Source: Candidatus Cloacimonadota bacterium
Lineage (GTDB): Bacteria; Cloacimonadota; Cloacimonadia; Cloacimonadales; WRIO01
Length of the DNA: 64,000 bases
Assembly: GCA_029564175.1 (NCBI GenBank)
Contig: JAKQQL010000440.1
Location: 9,155 to 73,154 of the forward strand
Reading direction: 5' to 3'
Of the stretch, positions 20,651 to 29,540 are shown piece by piece. Each line of letters begins with the position of its first letter. Position 1 is the stretch's first letter. Under the pieces are notes generated by a model, which was not told the DNA's origin, did no database searches, and was given only the letters and a program-made list of their open reading frames with translations. Position numbers and translations under genes: made by a program.

Positions 20651-21919
20651 TTACTCCTGAGACATAAGAAATATGGTTTGATCTCTTTTTGGCCCTACAG
20701 AAACGATAGAGACAGGAATTTCCAGCAAGGATTCGATTTTCTTGACATATAATTGGGCATTAAGCGGTAAAGATTCCCAGGTTTTACATTGCGAAATATC
20801 TTCAGTCCATGTATTCATGGAGATATAAACGGGCTCTGCATTTTCCAGAATACGCTGATCAGAGGGGAATTCATTGATCATCTGTCCATTGATTTTGTAT
20901 CCTGTACAGATTTTTAATTCATCCAGTCCACTTAAGACATCAAGTAACGTAAGTGCTACACTGTCAATTCCATTAATCATCACTGAGAATTTGGCTGCGA
21001 CTACATCAAACCAGCCACAACGTCTCGGACGACCAGTTGTAGAACCATATTCGTTTCCTTGTTTTCTTATTTGTTCGCCAACAGGATTGTCTTGTTCAGT
21101 TGGAAATGGACCTGAACCTACTCGAGTAAAATAAGATTTAAATACTCCTATCAGCAGGTCAATCTGGTTTGGAGGAAACCCGGTTGCCACTGAAATTCCA
21201 CCAGATACAGTATGAGAAGAGGTTACATAAGGATATGTACCAAAATAGATATCCAGTAAAGTCCCCTGTGCGCCTTCAAAGAGAATATCTTTATTATCTT
21301 TATAATATTGATCGAGTAAATAAGGCAAATTAACCTTATAATCATTGACTCTCTGTCCGAAAGCGTATAGAGAATCAGATTGTTCTTTGAGTTCTACATC
21401 ATCAATTTGAATGTTGTGATACTGATAAAGAAAAGATAAACGATAATATATAAAATCAAGGTCATTTAAATCACAGATTCTCAAACCTAATCGTGAAATA
21501 GAATCAGAATAGCAGGGACCAATTCCTCTTTTAGTAGTGCCTATCTTTTTTGCACCAGCAAGAGTTTCTACTTTCTCATCTAACAATTTATGGATTGGAA
21601 GTACAATGGAAGCCCTTTCATCGATAAAGAAACGGCCTTTGAAAGTGATACCTTTTTCAACAAGAGCAGACATCTCATTTTCAAGCTGTACAGGATCAAT
21701 TACAACACCAGATCCCAGAGCACATTTTTTCTCTGAATGAAAGATACCAGAAGGTATCAGGTGCATGACAAATTTATGATTATCAAACTGAATCGTGTGA
21801 CCAGCGTTGCTTCCTCCCTGAAAGCGAACGATAATATCAGCATCACTTGCTAAAACATCAACAATTTTTGCTTTCGCTTCATCTCCAAAGAGACATCCTA
21901 AAACAGCTGTTGTACTCAT
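20651..21919 (-). CDS. purA: Adenylosuccinate synthetase
   Basis: RFQGGSNAGHT, HLIPSG, IGTTKRGIGP, EGAQG, GTYPYVTSS, TRVGSGPFPTE, TTGRPRRCGWFD. The P-loop is the variant GDEAKAK. Confidence 0.96.
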   Translation of the reverse strand: MSTTAVLGCLFGDEAKAKIVDVLASDADIIVRFQGGSNAGHTIQFDNHKFVMHLIPSGIFHSEKKCALGSGVVIDPVQLENEMSALVEKGITFKGRFFIDERASIVLPIHKLLDEKVETLAGAKKIGTTKRGIGPCYSDSISRLGLRICDLNDLDFIYYRLSFLYQYHNIQIDDVELKEQSDSLYAFGQRVNDYKVNLPYLLDQYYKDNKDILFEGAQGTLLDIYFGTYPYVTSSHTVSGGISVATGFPPNQIDLLIGVFKSYFTRVGSGPFPTEQDNPVGEQIRKQGNEYGSTTGRPRRCGWFDVVAAKFSVMINGIDSVALTLLDVLSGLDELKICTGYKINGQMINEFPSDQRILENAEPVYISMNTWTEDISQCKTWESLPLNAQLYVKKIESLLEIPVSIVSVGPKRDQTIFLMSQE

Positions 21920-21992
21920 TTAATTACTCCTTGTATATCTCATACCATAACAATATGAAATACAATCATTTATTCATTTTCTAACTAAAGAT

Positions 21993-22021
21993 AAGATAAT
22001 TAAGGAAATATATCTTGTCAA
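21993..22021 (-). promoter_or_regulatory. Sigma70-type promoter for purA
   Basis: Minus strand TTGACA-17 nt-TATCTT. Confidence 0.6.
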
Positions 22022-22054
22022 CCTAAAATATGAAAAAATAAATTTCTTGTACGC

Positions 22055-23050
22055 CTAATTGATTTTTTCCTGTATTAATTTCTCAATTATCTGACTTGAT
22101 TTAAACCCATCAGCTTCAGCTGCGTAAGAAACTAATACTCTGTGTCTCAGAACCATATCAGCCACTTTTCTGACATCATCGATAGCCGGAGACAGTCTGC
22201 CTTCAAGTGCCGCCTGGATTTTTGCTGCCTGAATTAAATATTGTGAAGCACGAGGCCCGGCTCCCCATGTAACCCATTTTTTGATAAAGTCAGGCGCATC
22301 ACTACTCGCAGGACGGGTGGCACGAACCAGACGAACTGCATAAGTCAGCACATGATCACTGATTGGAATCTCATAAAGTGCAGACTGAATGTTTAAAATT
22401 GCCTCATGAGAAATGACAGGTTTGGGTTCTGAAGCATGTTTACTGGTAGTACTGATAACGATTTGTTTTTCTTCTTCAAAATCTGGATAATCAATGATAA
22501 TGTTTAGCATAAAACGATCTAACTGAGCTTCTGGTAAGGGATAAGTACCTTCTTGTTCAATTGGATTTTGTGTCGCAAGTACCAAAAAGGGAGCTGCTAA
22601 AGGATAGGTTGTATTACCTACACTTATTTGAAACTCCTGCATTGCCTGTAAAAGCGCAGATTGAGTCTTTGGAGGGGTTCGGTTAATCTCGTCTGCTAAA
22701 ATCAGATTTGCGAAAACAGGCCCTTTGATAAATTGAAAGTATCTGGATCCGTCATTTTTATTCTCAGTCAGGACTTCTGTACCAGTGATATCAGAAGGCA
22801 TTAAGTCTGGCGTAAACTGAATGCGGCTGAATTTTAACTGAAGTATTTTCGCTAATGTCGATATCATAAGCGTTTTTGCCAGTCCGGGTACACCTTCAAT
22901 GAGACAGTGTCCGTTGGCAAAAAGTGCTATCATGATTTGTTCAATCACTTTATCCTGACCAATTATTACTTTATGCAGTTCATTTAAAATTAGGGTTTTT
23001 GTGTTTTTTAGATTATCCAGTATTTCTAAATTATTCGCTTGTGGGCTCAT
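22055..23050 (-). CDS. MoxR-family AAA+ ATPase
   Basis: EGVPGLAKT, RIQFTPDLMPSD, ADEINR, ATQNPIEQEGTYPLPEAQLDRF. Confidence 0.95.
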   Translation of the reverse strand: MSPQANNLEILDNLKNTKTLILNELHKVIIGQDKVIEQIMIALFANGHCLIEGVPGLAKTLMISTLAKILQLKFSRIQFTPDLMPSDITGTEVLTENKNDGSRYFQFIKGPVFANLILADEINRTPPKTQSALLQAMQEFQISVGNTTYPLAAPFLVLATQNPIEQEGTYPLPEAQLDRFMLNIIIDYPDFEEEKQIVISTTSKHASEPKPVISHEAILNIQSALYEIPISDHVLTYAVRLVRATRPASSDAPDFIKKWVTWGAGPRASQYLIQAAKIQAALEGRLSPAIDDVRKVADMVLRHRVLVSYAAEADGFKSSQIIEKLIQEKIN

Positions 23051-24041
23051 TTTTTTCTCCGTTTTTTATAAAATCCATTAGTTTAAATCCAGCGTAGCTT
23101 ATGCTGATCAGGCCAGCAGCTACAACAATTATACCTGTAATCAGGTGTGAAAAAGTCATGACTGCACTTACCATTTCCTTGCTCAATCCAAGACCAACTG
23201 AAAAAATCAATACCATGATCAATTCATTTGAACCAATCTGAGCGGGAGGATGAGGTAGTATATAGCTTAAGTAAATTAATGTATAACCAAAGAGGACATA
23301 GAAGAAATCAATAGATTGCGAGAATGATTTAAACAATACCCAAAAGAATAAACTATCACAAACTACAGAAGATATTGTCAGCAGGATACAAGGGATTAAC
23401 AGATTTAAATGATTCTTAAAAATAGCCGTACCCTGTATAAATAGCTCAATAAACTCATGAATTTTTTCTTTATAATGATTTGGAAAGAAAAAGAAGATAC
23501 TTTGAAGTAATTTTATCACCTTATCTTCCTGTATCGTTGCAAAATATAAAATAGACGCTCCAAAAAGAAAAACACCAATTAATAAGAAAATAAGTGTATA
23601 GAGGTAAGAATCGAGCTGGATGGGTATAAAAGGAATTAGAATAATAATCACAAAAATACCAAAAGTATCAAACAATTTGTCAATAAAGACAGATGGAAAA
23701 CTCTTTGAAAGCTGGATTTGATAGTTTTTTTTAATCAGCAGACACTTTGCAAGTTCTCCTGCACGAATCGGTATCAGATAATTTATAAAATTTCCTGCCA
23801 AAAGGTAAGCAAAACTGTCTTTTTGTTTTATTGACTGGCTGGTTGAAAGCAGGATTTTCCATCTGTATGCTCTAATCCAGTATGAGAATAGATAAAAAGA
23901 AAATGCTAGCAGAGATAAACTGATTTTTATTTGTTTGAAATAAGAAGTCAATAGATTTATATCTATCCATTGAGACCAAAGATAGAGAAAAAATAACCCG
24001 ATCGCAACACTAAACGTAATTTTAAACAATTTACTCTTCAT
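23031..24041 (-). CDS. Lysylphosphatidylglycerol-synthase TM-region / flippase-like membrane protein (UPF0104)
   Basis: IRAYRWKILL, NYLIPIRAGE, FIDKLFD, PHPPAQIGSNE; multiple TM segments. Confidence 0.85.
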   Translation of the reverse strand: MKSKLFKITFSVAIGLFFLYLWSQWIDINLLTSYFKQIKISLSLLAFSFYLFSYWIRAYRWKILLSTSQSIKQKDSFAYLLAGNFINYLIPIRAGELAKCLLIKKNYQIQLSKSFPSVFIDKLFDTFGIFVIIILIPFIPIQLDSYLYTLIFLLIGVFLFGASILYFATIQEDKVIKLLQSIFFFFPNHYKEKIHEFIELFIQGTAIFKNHLNLLIPCILLTISSVVCDSLFFWVLFKSFSQSIDFFYVLFGYTLIYLSYILPHPPAQIGSNELIMVLIFSVGLGLSKEMVSAVMTFSHLITGIIVVAAGLISISYAGFKLMDFIKNGEKNEPTSE

Positions 24042-24060
24042 CTTTTTACAATTTTCTTTC

Positions 24061-24903
24061 TTATCTCACAAAAAGGAGGTATTGATGATGAGCCCATATT
24101 TTTTTAAATGTATGGGGAGCGTTTTTTTCAAAAAATTCAAATTTCTCAAAGTCTTTTGGCATATCAGGTCGTTTCCCTGAATAGTAATCCAAAATGCTAA
24201 CAGGTTCTTTTTTTATATGTGCTGAGGGTTTTTTAGGCAATAAAAACGACAGTTTCAATTTCTTTAAAAAATCTTCTTTTGACATTCCAATATCAGGCCA
24301 TAGGGGACAATCCAGTAATTCATGACTCAGTAGTTTCCATTTGAGTTTTTTCATTTCAGATTTAATGTAATGGACTTTAATATAGTCTTCGTTCAGGTAT
24401 TTTTTTAGATCATCCTGTCCAAAATACTTTTGTTGTAAATATCCAATTCCGGTCTGGTTCGGTACAATCAGCAAAATGACTTTTTTACTGACTCTATCCA
24501 GTTCTTTTAGAAAAACGGAGAGGTCATTAACAAACCATAATGCAGAAAAATTCCATGACATATCAAAAGTTTTCTCTTCAAAAGGGAGAGAAGAATAATC
24601 TTCTGTATAAATGCCTGTAAATGGCAATTCTAAGTCTTTCCATGTTCTTTGAATATAATCAAGTCTTTTTTGATTATGATCCATTAGCGTGATTTGGCAG
24701 TCTTTCTGTGCGATATACATGCTATTTATGCCACTTAATCCGGTAAATCCAAAAGAGGGAGTTTCCAGGACACTTTTAATCTTGAAATGTTTTACAGTTT
24801 TAAATAGAATTCTGTTGATGATAAAGCGTTCATAAGTTGATCCTAATCCTTCATCAGGATTCTCATAATATTTTTCCCAGAAATGTAAAATGGGTATTGC
24901 CAT
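24061..24903 (-). CDS. Class I SAM-dependent methyltransferase-like protein
   Basis: SVLE...G.G motif I variant, ITLMD, DYSSLPFEEKTFD motif. Confidence 0.7.
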   Translation of the reverse strand: MAIPILHFWEKYYENPDEGLGSTYERFIINRILFKTVKHFKIKSVLETPSFGFTGLSGINSMYIAQKDCQITLMDHNQKRLDYIQRTWKDLELPFTGIYTEDYSSLPFEEKTFDMSWNFSALWFVNDLSVFLKELDRVSKKVILLIVPNQTGIGYLQQKYFGQDDLKKYLNEDYIKVHYIKSEMKKLKWKLLSHELLDCPLWPDIGMSKEDFLKKLKLSFLLPKKPSAHIKKEPVSILDYYSGKRPDMPKDFEKFEFFEKNAPHTFKKIWAHHQYLLFVR

Positions 24904-24913
24904 TTTTATCCGC

Positions 24914-25885
24914 CTATTTTAATTTTTTATACCATTCAATGGATTGTTTAAAGCCTGGGATGGTTTTAACTCGTTTCAGGTTAAGATCTTCATATACCTG
25001 ATTAACATCATAATACCAGTTTTTTGAAATCAATTCAAAACGACTAATCCATAATTCGTTCTTAAAGAACCGACTTATTTTTTCGCCAGCTTCAAAGAAA
25101 GAAGAGTCTATTTTTCTGTTTAAAGGGTATGGTTTATGATGAAGTTTTTCTGAGATAAATTGTATCAATTCTTCAAAAATCACAGGTTTTTCATCTGCTA
25201 TTATCCATTCTTTACCACTTTTATGATCAGATTTTAGCGCTTTTACAAATGCTTCTGTAATCAGATCAATATGTGTCATGTGGAGTCTGACAGGTTTATT
25301 TGGATAAAAAAGCATTTTTTTGTCAATCAGTTTGATTAAAGTAAAAGGGAATCCAAAATCTTCTCCTCCGTATGTGATCGCAGGTCTTAGAATGTAAGCA
25401 TTCAGGTTACCAGCCAGAACATATTTCTGAATAATGGCTTCACTTCTGATTTTTGTATAATGATAGTAGTTATCTTCTTGTTTAGGTGTGTAGTTATTTG
25501 CAGGTAATTCCAGGGGAATTGCTCCAAATACACCCACAGAAGAACAGAACAGCAGTTTAGATTGATTTTTGACAGCATTTAGCACTAACTGTTCGGTTGC
25601 GAATACATTCGCTCTCTGATATTCTTCCTTGCTGAATTTTCGGCCTCCTCTGAGTGCTCCTATATGAACGATATAGGTAAAAGCCTTTTTTTCAAGGAAT
25701 TGCTTTAACTTTTTAATATCTCCAAGATCAATCTCTACAAAATTAACCTTATCAATAAATTCAGCATAACGCTTTTTATTTGTTTTTGGTCTTATTAAAG
25801 CGGTGATTTCATAATGACCAATCAGTTTCTTTGCCACACTTTTACCAATAAAACCAGTAATTCCAGTTAGAAGTAATGTTTCCAT
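24914..25885 (-). CDS. NAD(P)-dependent epimerase/dehydratase (extended SDR)
   Basis: LLTGITGFIG Rossmann motif, CSSVGVFG, YHYTK (YxxxK), ILRPAITYG. Confidence 0.88.
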   Translation of the reverse strand: METLLLTGITGFIGKSVAKKLIGHYEITALIRPKTNKKRYAEFIDKVNFVEIDLGDIKKLKQFLEKKAFTYIVHIGALRGGRKFSKEEYQRANVFATEQLVLNAVKNQSKLLFCSSVGVFGAIPLELPANNYTPKQEDNYYHYTKIRSEAIIQKYVLAGNLNAYILRPAITYGGEDFGFPFTLIKLIDKKMLFYPNKPVRLHMTHIDLITEAFVKALKSDHKSGKEWIIADEKPVIFEELIQFISEKLHHKPYPLNRKIDSSFFEAGEKISRFFKNELWISRFELISKNWYYDVNQVYEDLNLKRVKTIPGFKQSIEWYKKLK

Positions 25886-26677
25886 TTATTCTCCAAAAAA
25901 TCCGAATAATTTTTCAAAAAAGCTTTTCTTTTTAGGTGTTTCTCTTCTACTCATATAAAAATGAGGGATATGTTCGTTTTTTAGCATTTTTTCAGGAAAA
26001 GTTTTTGATAAAAGCTGTGCCATTTTATCATCAAATTCAGCTCTAATGGCATCTACTGCTTCAGCATAATCATAGACTCCTGAATGACAGTGACAATCTG
26101 ATCCAAGAAAATGTGCCCAACCTCTGTCAATTAATTCAAATGCGGTATCCTGAACTTGTTTGCCATAACCACCTAAAATACTGCTGGTATTAATTTGCAG
26201 ATAAACATCTCTTTGCAGGAAATCATCCGCTTTATCTGGATTTTGCTTGATTTCACGGTATCTTTCCGGGTGGGCTAAAATGGGCTTCATCCCTTTTCTG
26301 TTCATCTGATAAAGGAGTTGAAACAAATCTTCCGTAAAACCATTGAGATTATTTTCTATCAGTACATATTGAGAATTATTGATGAAGAGGTTTTCTTTAT
26401 ATATTTCATCAATGATATTTTCACCGTTGAGGTAAACTTCAGCTGAGTGAAAAAAATCTACATCAGGAGCATATTGTTGCTTAACAGACATTACTTTATT
26501 GAATGCTGATTTGACTTTTTCCTGAGTACTATCATAAAAACCAGGCATATAGTGAGGTGTAAAAACAAGCTTCTTAACGCCTGATTGCTGAATGAGTTTT
26601 AGATATTCGATGGTCGTTTCAAAATCTTGAGAACCATCATCAAGTTCTGCCAATATATGGTTGTGAATATCAATCAT
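25886..26677 (-). CDS. PHP-family phosphatase (CpsB/CapC/YwqE-like)
   Basis: MIDIHNHIL, DDGS, TPHY, AHPERY, GSDCH. Confidence 0.9.
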   Translation of the reverse strand: MIDIHNHILAELDDGSQDFETTIEYLKLIQQSGVKKLVFTPHYMPGFYDSTQEKVKSAFNKVMSVKQQYAPDVDFFHSAEVYLNGENIIDEIYKENLFINNSQYVLIENNLNGFTEDLFQLLYQMNRKGMKPILAHPERYREIKQNPDKADDFLQRDVYLQINTSSILGGYGKQVQDTAFELIDRGWAHFLGSDCHCHSGVYDYAEAVDAIRAEFDDKMAQLLSKTFPEKMLKNEHIPHFYMSRRETPKKKSFFEKLFGFFGE

Positions 26678-26693
26678 AGAATTTCCTTATTTA

Positions 26694-27443
26694 CTATCTG
26701 ACACTGTGAACAGCATCTGCGAATTCTCTGACAATGCTGTATTCATCCAGTTGTTCTAAAACAGTTCCAATAACAACAAAATCAGCTCCTGCTTCAGCCT
26801 TTTGTTTTGCTGTATCTGGGGTTCTGATTCCACCTCCCACAATCAGAGGTATTTCGATTTTTGATGAAACAGCCTGAATCATTTCTTCAGGGACAGATTC
26901 TTTAGCGCCACTTCCTGCTTCCAGATATATCATTTTCATGCCAAGATATTGTCCTGCTAAAGCATGAATCAGTGCAATATCGTTTTTTCTTCGAGGTATA
27001 GGCATACTATGACTCATGTACTGGACAGATGATAGATTGCCTGACTCTACCAAGAGATAGCCGGTTGGAATGCTTTCCAGTCCGGTATGATAAAGTTGTG
27101 GGGCACATCTGACTTGTTCTTCAATTAACACTTGAGGATTTCTGCTGCTAAGCATACTCAATAATAAAATTGCATCAGCGTAAGCGCTTACAAAATTAAA
27201 CAGACCTGGAAATATGATAACAGGTATATCAACTGATTGTTTTATTTGCCGGATGCTTTCTTCATAGTGCTTTTCTATCATAATACTGCCACCAATTAAA
27301 ATGGCATCTGCATTACTCTTTTGATAAATTTCTGCCAGTTTGACATTTGTTTTGATATCTTGTTTGTCAGGGTCAATCAGACAAAACAAACAGGCATTTT
27401 GTCTGCGTTTTTCAATAAGTTTGGTATATATATCATTTTTCAT
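26694..27443 (-). CDS. Geranylgeranylglyceryl phosphate synthase (GGGPS, group II)
   Basis: LIDPDK, IGGS, IIFPG, LSSRNP, YLEAGSGA (group II form) and VGGGIR. Confidence 0.92.
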   Translation of the reverse strand: MKNDIYTKLIEKRRQNACLFCLIDPDKQDIKTNVKLAEIYQKSNADAILIGGSIMIEKHYEESIRQIKQSVDIPVIIFPGLFNFVSAYADAILLLSMLSSRNPQVLIEEQVRCAPQLYHTGLESIPTGYLLVESGNLSSVQYMSHSMPIPRRKNDIALIHALAGQYLGMKMIYLEAGSGAKESVPEEMIQAVSSKIEIPLIVGGGIRTPDTAKQKAEAGADFVVIGTVLEQLDEYSIVREFADAVHSVR

Positions 27444-27542
27444 AAAAATCTCCTAATAAGCGATTTCAGTTCACACTTCATTTGTTCAGTGAATTATCTG
27501 CTCTGCAAACAAAGTGCTCAAAGTACGGGTTTGGACGATGCA

Positions 27543-28466
27543 TTAGTAAATTCCTGAAAATAAATAGGATGTAAAAAAAATTAACAAAAGCACGAACATA
27601 TCTAGCTTCATCCAATGATGTATTTTTCTTACAATCTGTGGGTGTTGTGACCGGTTTAAAACAATCAGGAAAAAGACCAAAGGAATAAACACGAGGACAT
27701 TCAGCATTATAAAAACAAAAGCATTTGTCAGTTTTGTAAAATAAAAAATAAAAATACTAGAAAAAATGAGCGCAATTGGGATAATGATCCATTTTGCTAC
27801 TTTGTCTTTTCCTAAAACGACCGCTAATGTTTTCGCATTTTGAGATTTGTCTCCTTCATAATCTTCAATTGTTTTTGTCCATTCTCTGATAATGGTGTAA
27901 AGAAATGCAAAAACCATGATGGGTAATACTTTAATCGGTTTAGTACTACTCAGAGCACCGTACAGAAAAGTCGATGCTGCAGACCAGGCTACAATCAGAT
28001 TGCCGGATAAACCTCTTTTTTTAAATGAGACAGCATACATAAACAGCAGAAACAGATTTGCTGATGCGATGATTAAATGCCAGTAATTGGGGCTGAATAA
28101 ACTGATTATTATGCCACTAAATCCCATTAACAAAGTGAGGTAGCGTGCTTGTAAAAGAGACATTTTTCCCGATGGTAAAATTCGATGAGGCTGGTTAATT
28201 TTATCAATTTCTATATCACAGATGTCATTGATGACATAACCAGCACCTGCAATGAGGGAAGCAGATAAAGCCAATAAGTAACTTAAACTGTTCAGCGGAG
28301 AAGCCCCACTGTAAACTGCACCAAAATAAGTGCAAATAAAGCTGAACAGACAGTTAAATGGTCTGATAATCAGGAATGGGTAAAAAAAACAATTTATCCT
28401 TTTCCAGATATCTTTTTTTACTTCAGGTATAGAATGATTCACACTATTAAATTCTATCTGACCCAT
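27543..28466 (-). CDS. UbiA-family prenyltransferase, DGGGP synthase-like
   Basis: IIRPFN, GYVINDICDIEIDKINQPHRILPSG, GNLIVA and REWTKTIEDYEGD match archaeal DGGGPS-type motifs; multi-TM; adjacent to GGGPS. Confidence 0.85.
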   Translation of the reverse strand: MGQIEFNSVNHSIPEVKKDIWKRINCFFYPFLIIRPFNCLFSFICTYFGAVYSGASPLNSLSYLLALSASLIAGAGYVINDICDIEIDKINQPHRILPSGKMSLLQARYLTLLMGFSGIIISLFSPNYWHLIIASANLFLLFMYAVSFKKRGLSGNLIVAWSAASTFLYGALSSTKPIKVLPIMVFAFLYTIIREWTKTIEDYEGDKSQNAKTLAVVLGKDKVAKWIIIPIALIFSSIFIFYFTKLTNAFVFIMLNVLVFIPLVFFLIVLNRSQHPQIVRKIHHWMKLDMFVLLLIFFTSYLFSGIY

Positions 28467-28470
28467 TATT

Positions 28471-29361
28471 CTAAGGTAATCTATCCTTAATCATTCTGAC
28501 AAATTCAACCAGAACCTGATTGTTAGGGATATTTTTTATCATTTTGTAAGAATCATCAAGTAGTTTTTCAGCTGTTCTTCTTGCTTTATCCAGACCCATA
28601 ATGGAAGGATAGGTTGATTTGTTGTTTTTGGAATCTTCATAAGGCTCTTTCCCCAGCATTTCAAAATCACCGACATCGTCAAGAATATCGTCAATAATTT
28701 GGTAAGCCAGCCCTAGATTTAATGCATAATTTGAAAGCGTGTTTGTCATATTATCTTCAGCACCATATAACGCACAAGCCAGCTTTATGGACGCTTCAAG
28801 GAGAGCTCCTGTTTTTTTTAAATGAACATATTTCAAGACATTTATTTGTATATTTTGTTTATTAGAAGACAAAATATCTACTGTTTGTCCTCCAATCATT
28901 CCACGTGTTGATATTGCATTACAGAGTATTCTGATACATTTAACAGCTTTTTCTTTATCATTTAATTTTGCAAGCATTTCGAATGCTTTGGTAAGAAGGG
29001 CATCGCCTGCAAGTATAGCGATTGCGGGTGAGAACTTTTTATGACAGGTGAGCTGTCCTCTGCGTTCATTGGAGTTATCAAGAGAGGGCAGATCATCATG
29101 GATCAGAGAGGCGGTATGAACCATTTCCATTGCAGCAGCAGCAAGTGATACCTGATCTAAAATTTCCTGATCATTACTTCTATTTAACATTTCATAGGTT
29201 GCATAAAGCAAAACAGGGCGTAAACGTTTCCCTCCGCTGAATATGGAGTATCTCATTGCAGTATAGAGCTCTTTTGGTTGTTCTCCTTTACTGACCAGAT
29301 GTTCATCCAGCACTTTATTTAAGAGTTCGACTCTATCTTCAAAATATTTCTGAACTATCAT
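28471..29361 (-). CDS. Polyprenyl diphosphate synthase (probable GGPP or longer-chain synthase)
   Basis: GGKRLRP, FARM HTASLIHDDLPSLD, RRG, GQTVD, KTGAL, SARM YQIIDDILD. Confidence 0.93.
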   Translation of the reverse strand: MIVQKYFEDRVELLNKVLDEHLVSKGEQPKELYTAMRYSIFSGGKRLRPVLLYATYEMLNRSNDQEILDQVSLAAAAMEMVHTASLIHDDLPSLDNSNERRGQLTCHKKFSPAIAILAGDALLTKAFEMLAKLNDKEKAVKCIRILCNAISTRGMIGGQTVDILSSNKQNIQINVLKYVHLKKTGALLEASIKLACALYGAEDNMTNTLSNYALNLGLAYQIIDDILDDVGDFEMLGKEPYEDSKNNKSTYPSIMGLDKARRTAEKLLDDSYKMIKNIPNNQVLVEFVRMIKDRLP

Positions 29362-29402
29362 GTTGACTCCTTTATTTAAATCAAAGAATTATGACTTGTT
29401 TA

Positions 29403-29430
29403 ACATTATTTAAAAGGCTTTTATTGTCAA
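29403..29430 (-). promoter_or_regulatory. Candidate promoter for the prenyl/ether-lipid operon
   Basis: Minus strand TTGACA-16 nt-TAATGT upstream of an AGGAG RBS. Confidence 0.5.
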
Positions 29431-29485
29431 TCAAAATTCATCATTATATTAAAAAAAGTAAATTATCAGGTCTATGCTAATATAA

Positions 29486-29514
29486 TTGACTTTATCTGTA
29501 TTTTTTGCTAGAAT
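29486..29514 (+). promoter_or_regulatory. Sigma70-type promoter for the lectin gene
   Basis: TTGACT-17 nt-TAGAAT with an extended -10 TG. Confidence 0.68.
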
Positions 29515-29540
29515 ACTTAAAAAATGAGATGGAGGTTGTT

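Noticed and set aside
20651..21919. PurZ (Z-base synthesis) instead of PurA
   Set aside because: The catalytic Asp in GDE is retained, the protein is full PurA length, and there is no phage context.
22055..26677. Capsule/EPS locus suggested by the CpsB-like phosphatase and epimerase
   Set aside because: There is no Wzc/Wza, glycosyltransferase, Wzx or Wzy; the genes are instead coupled to prenyltransferases.
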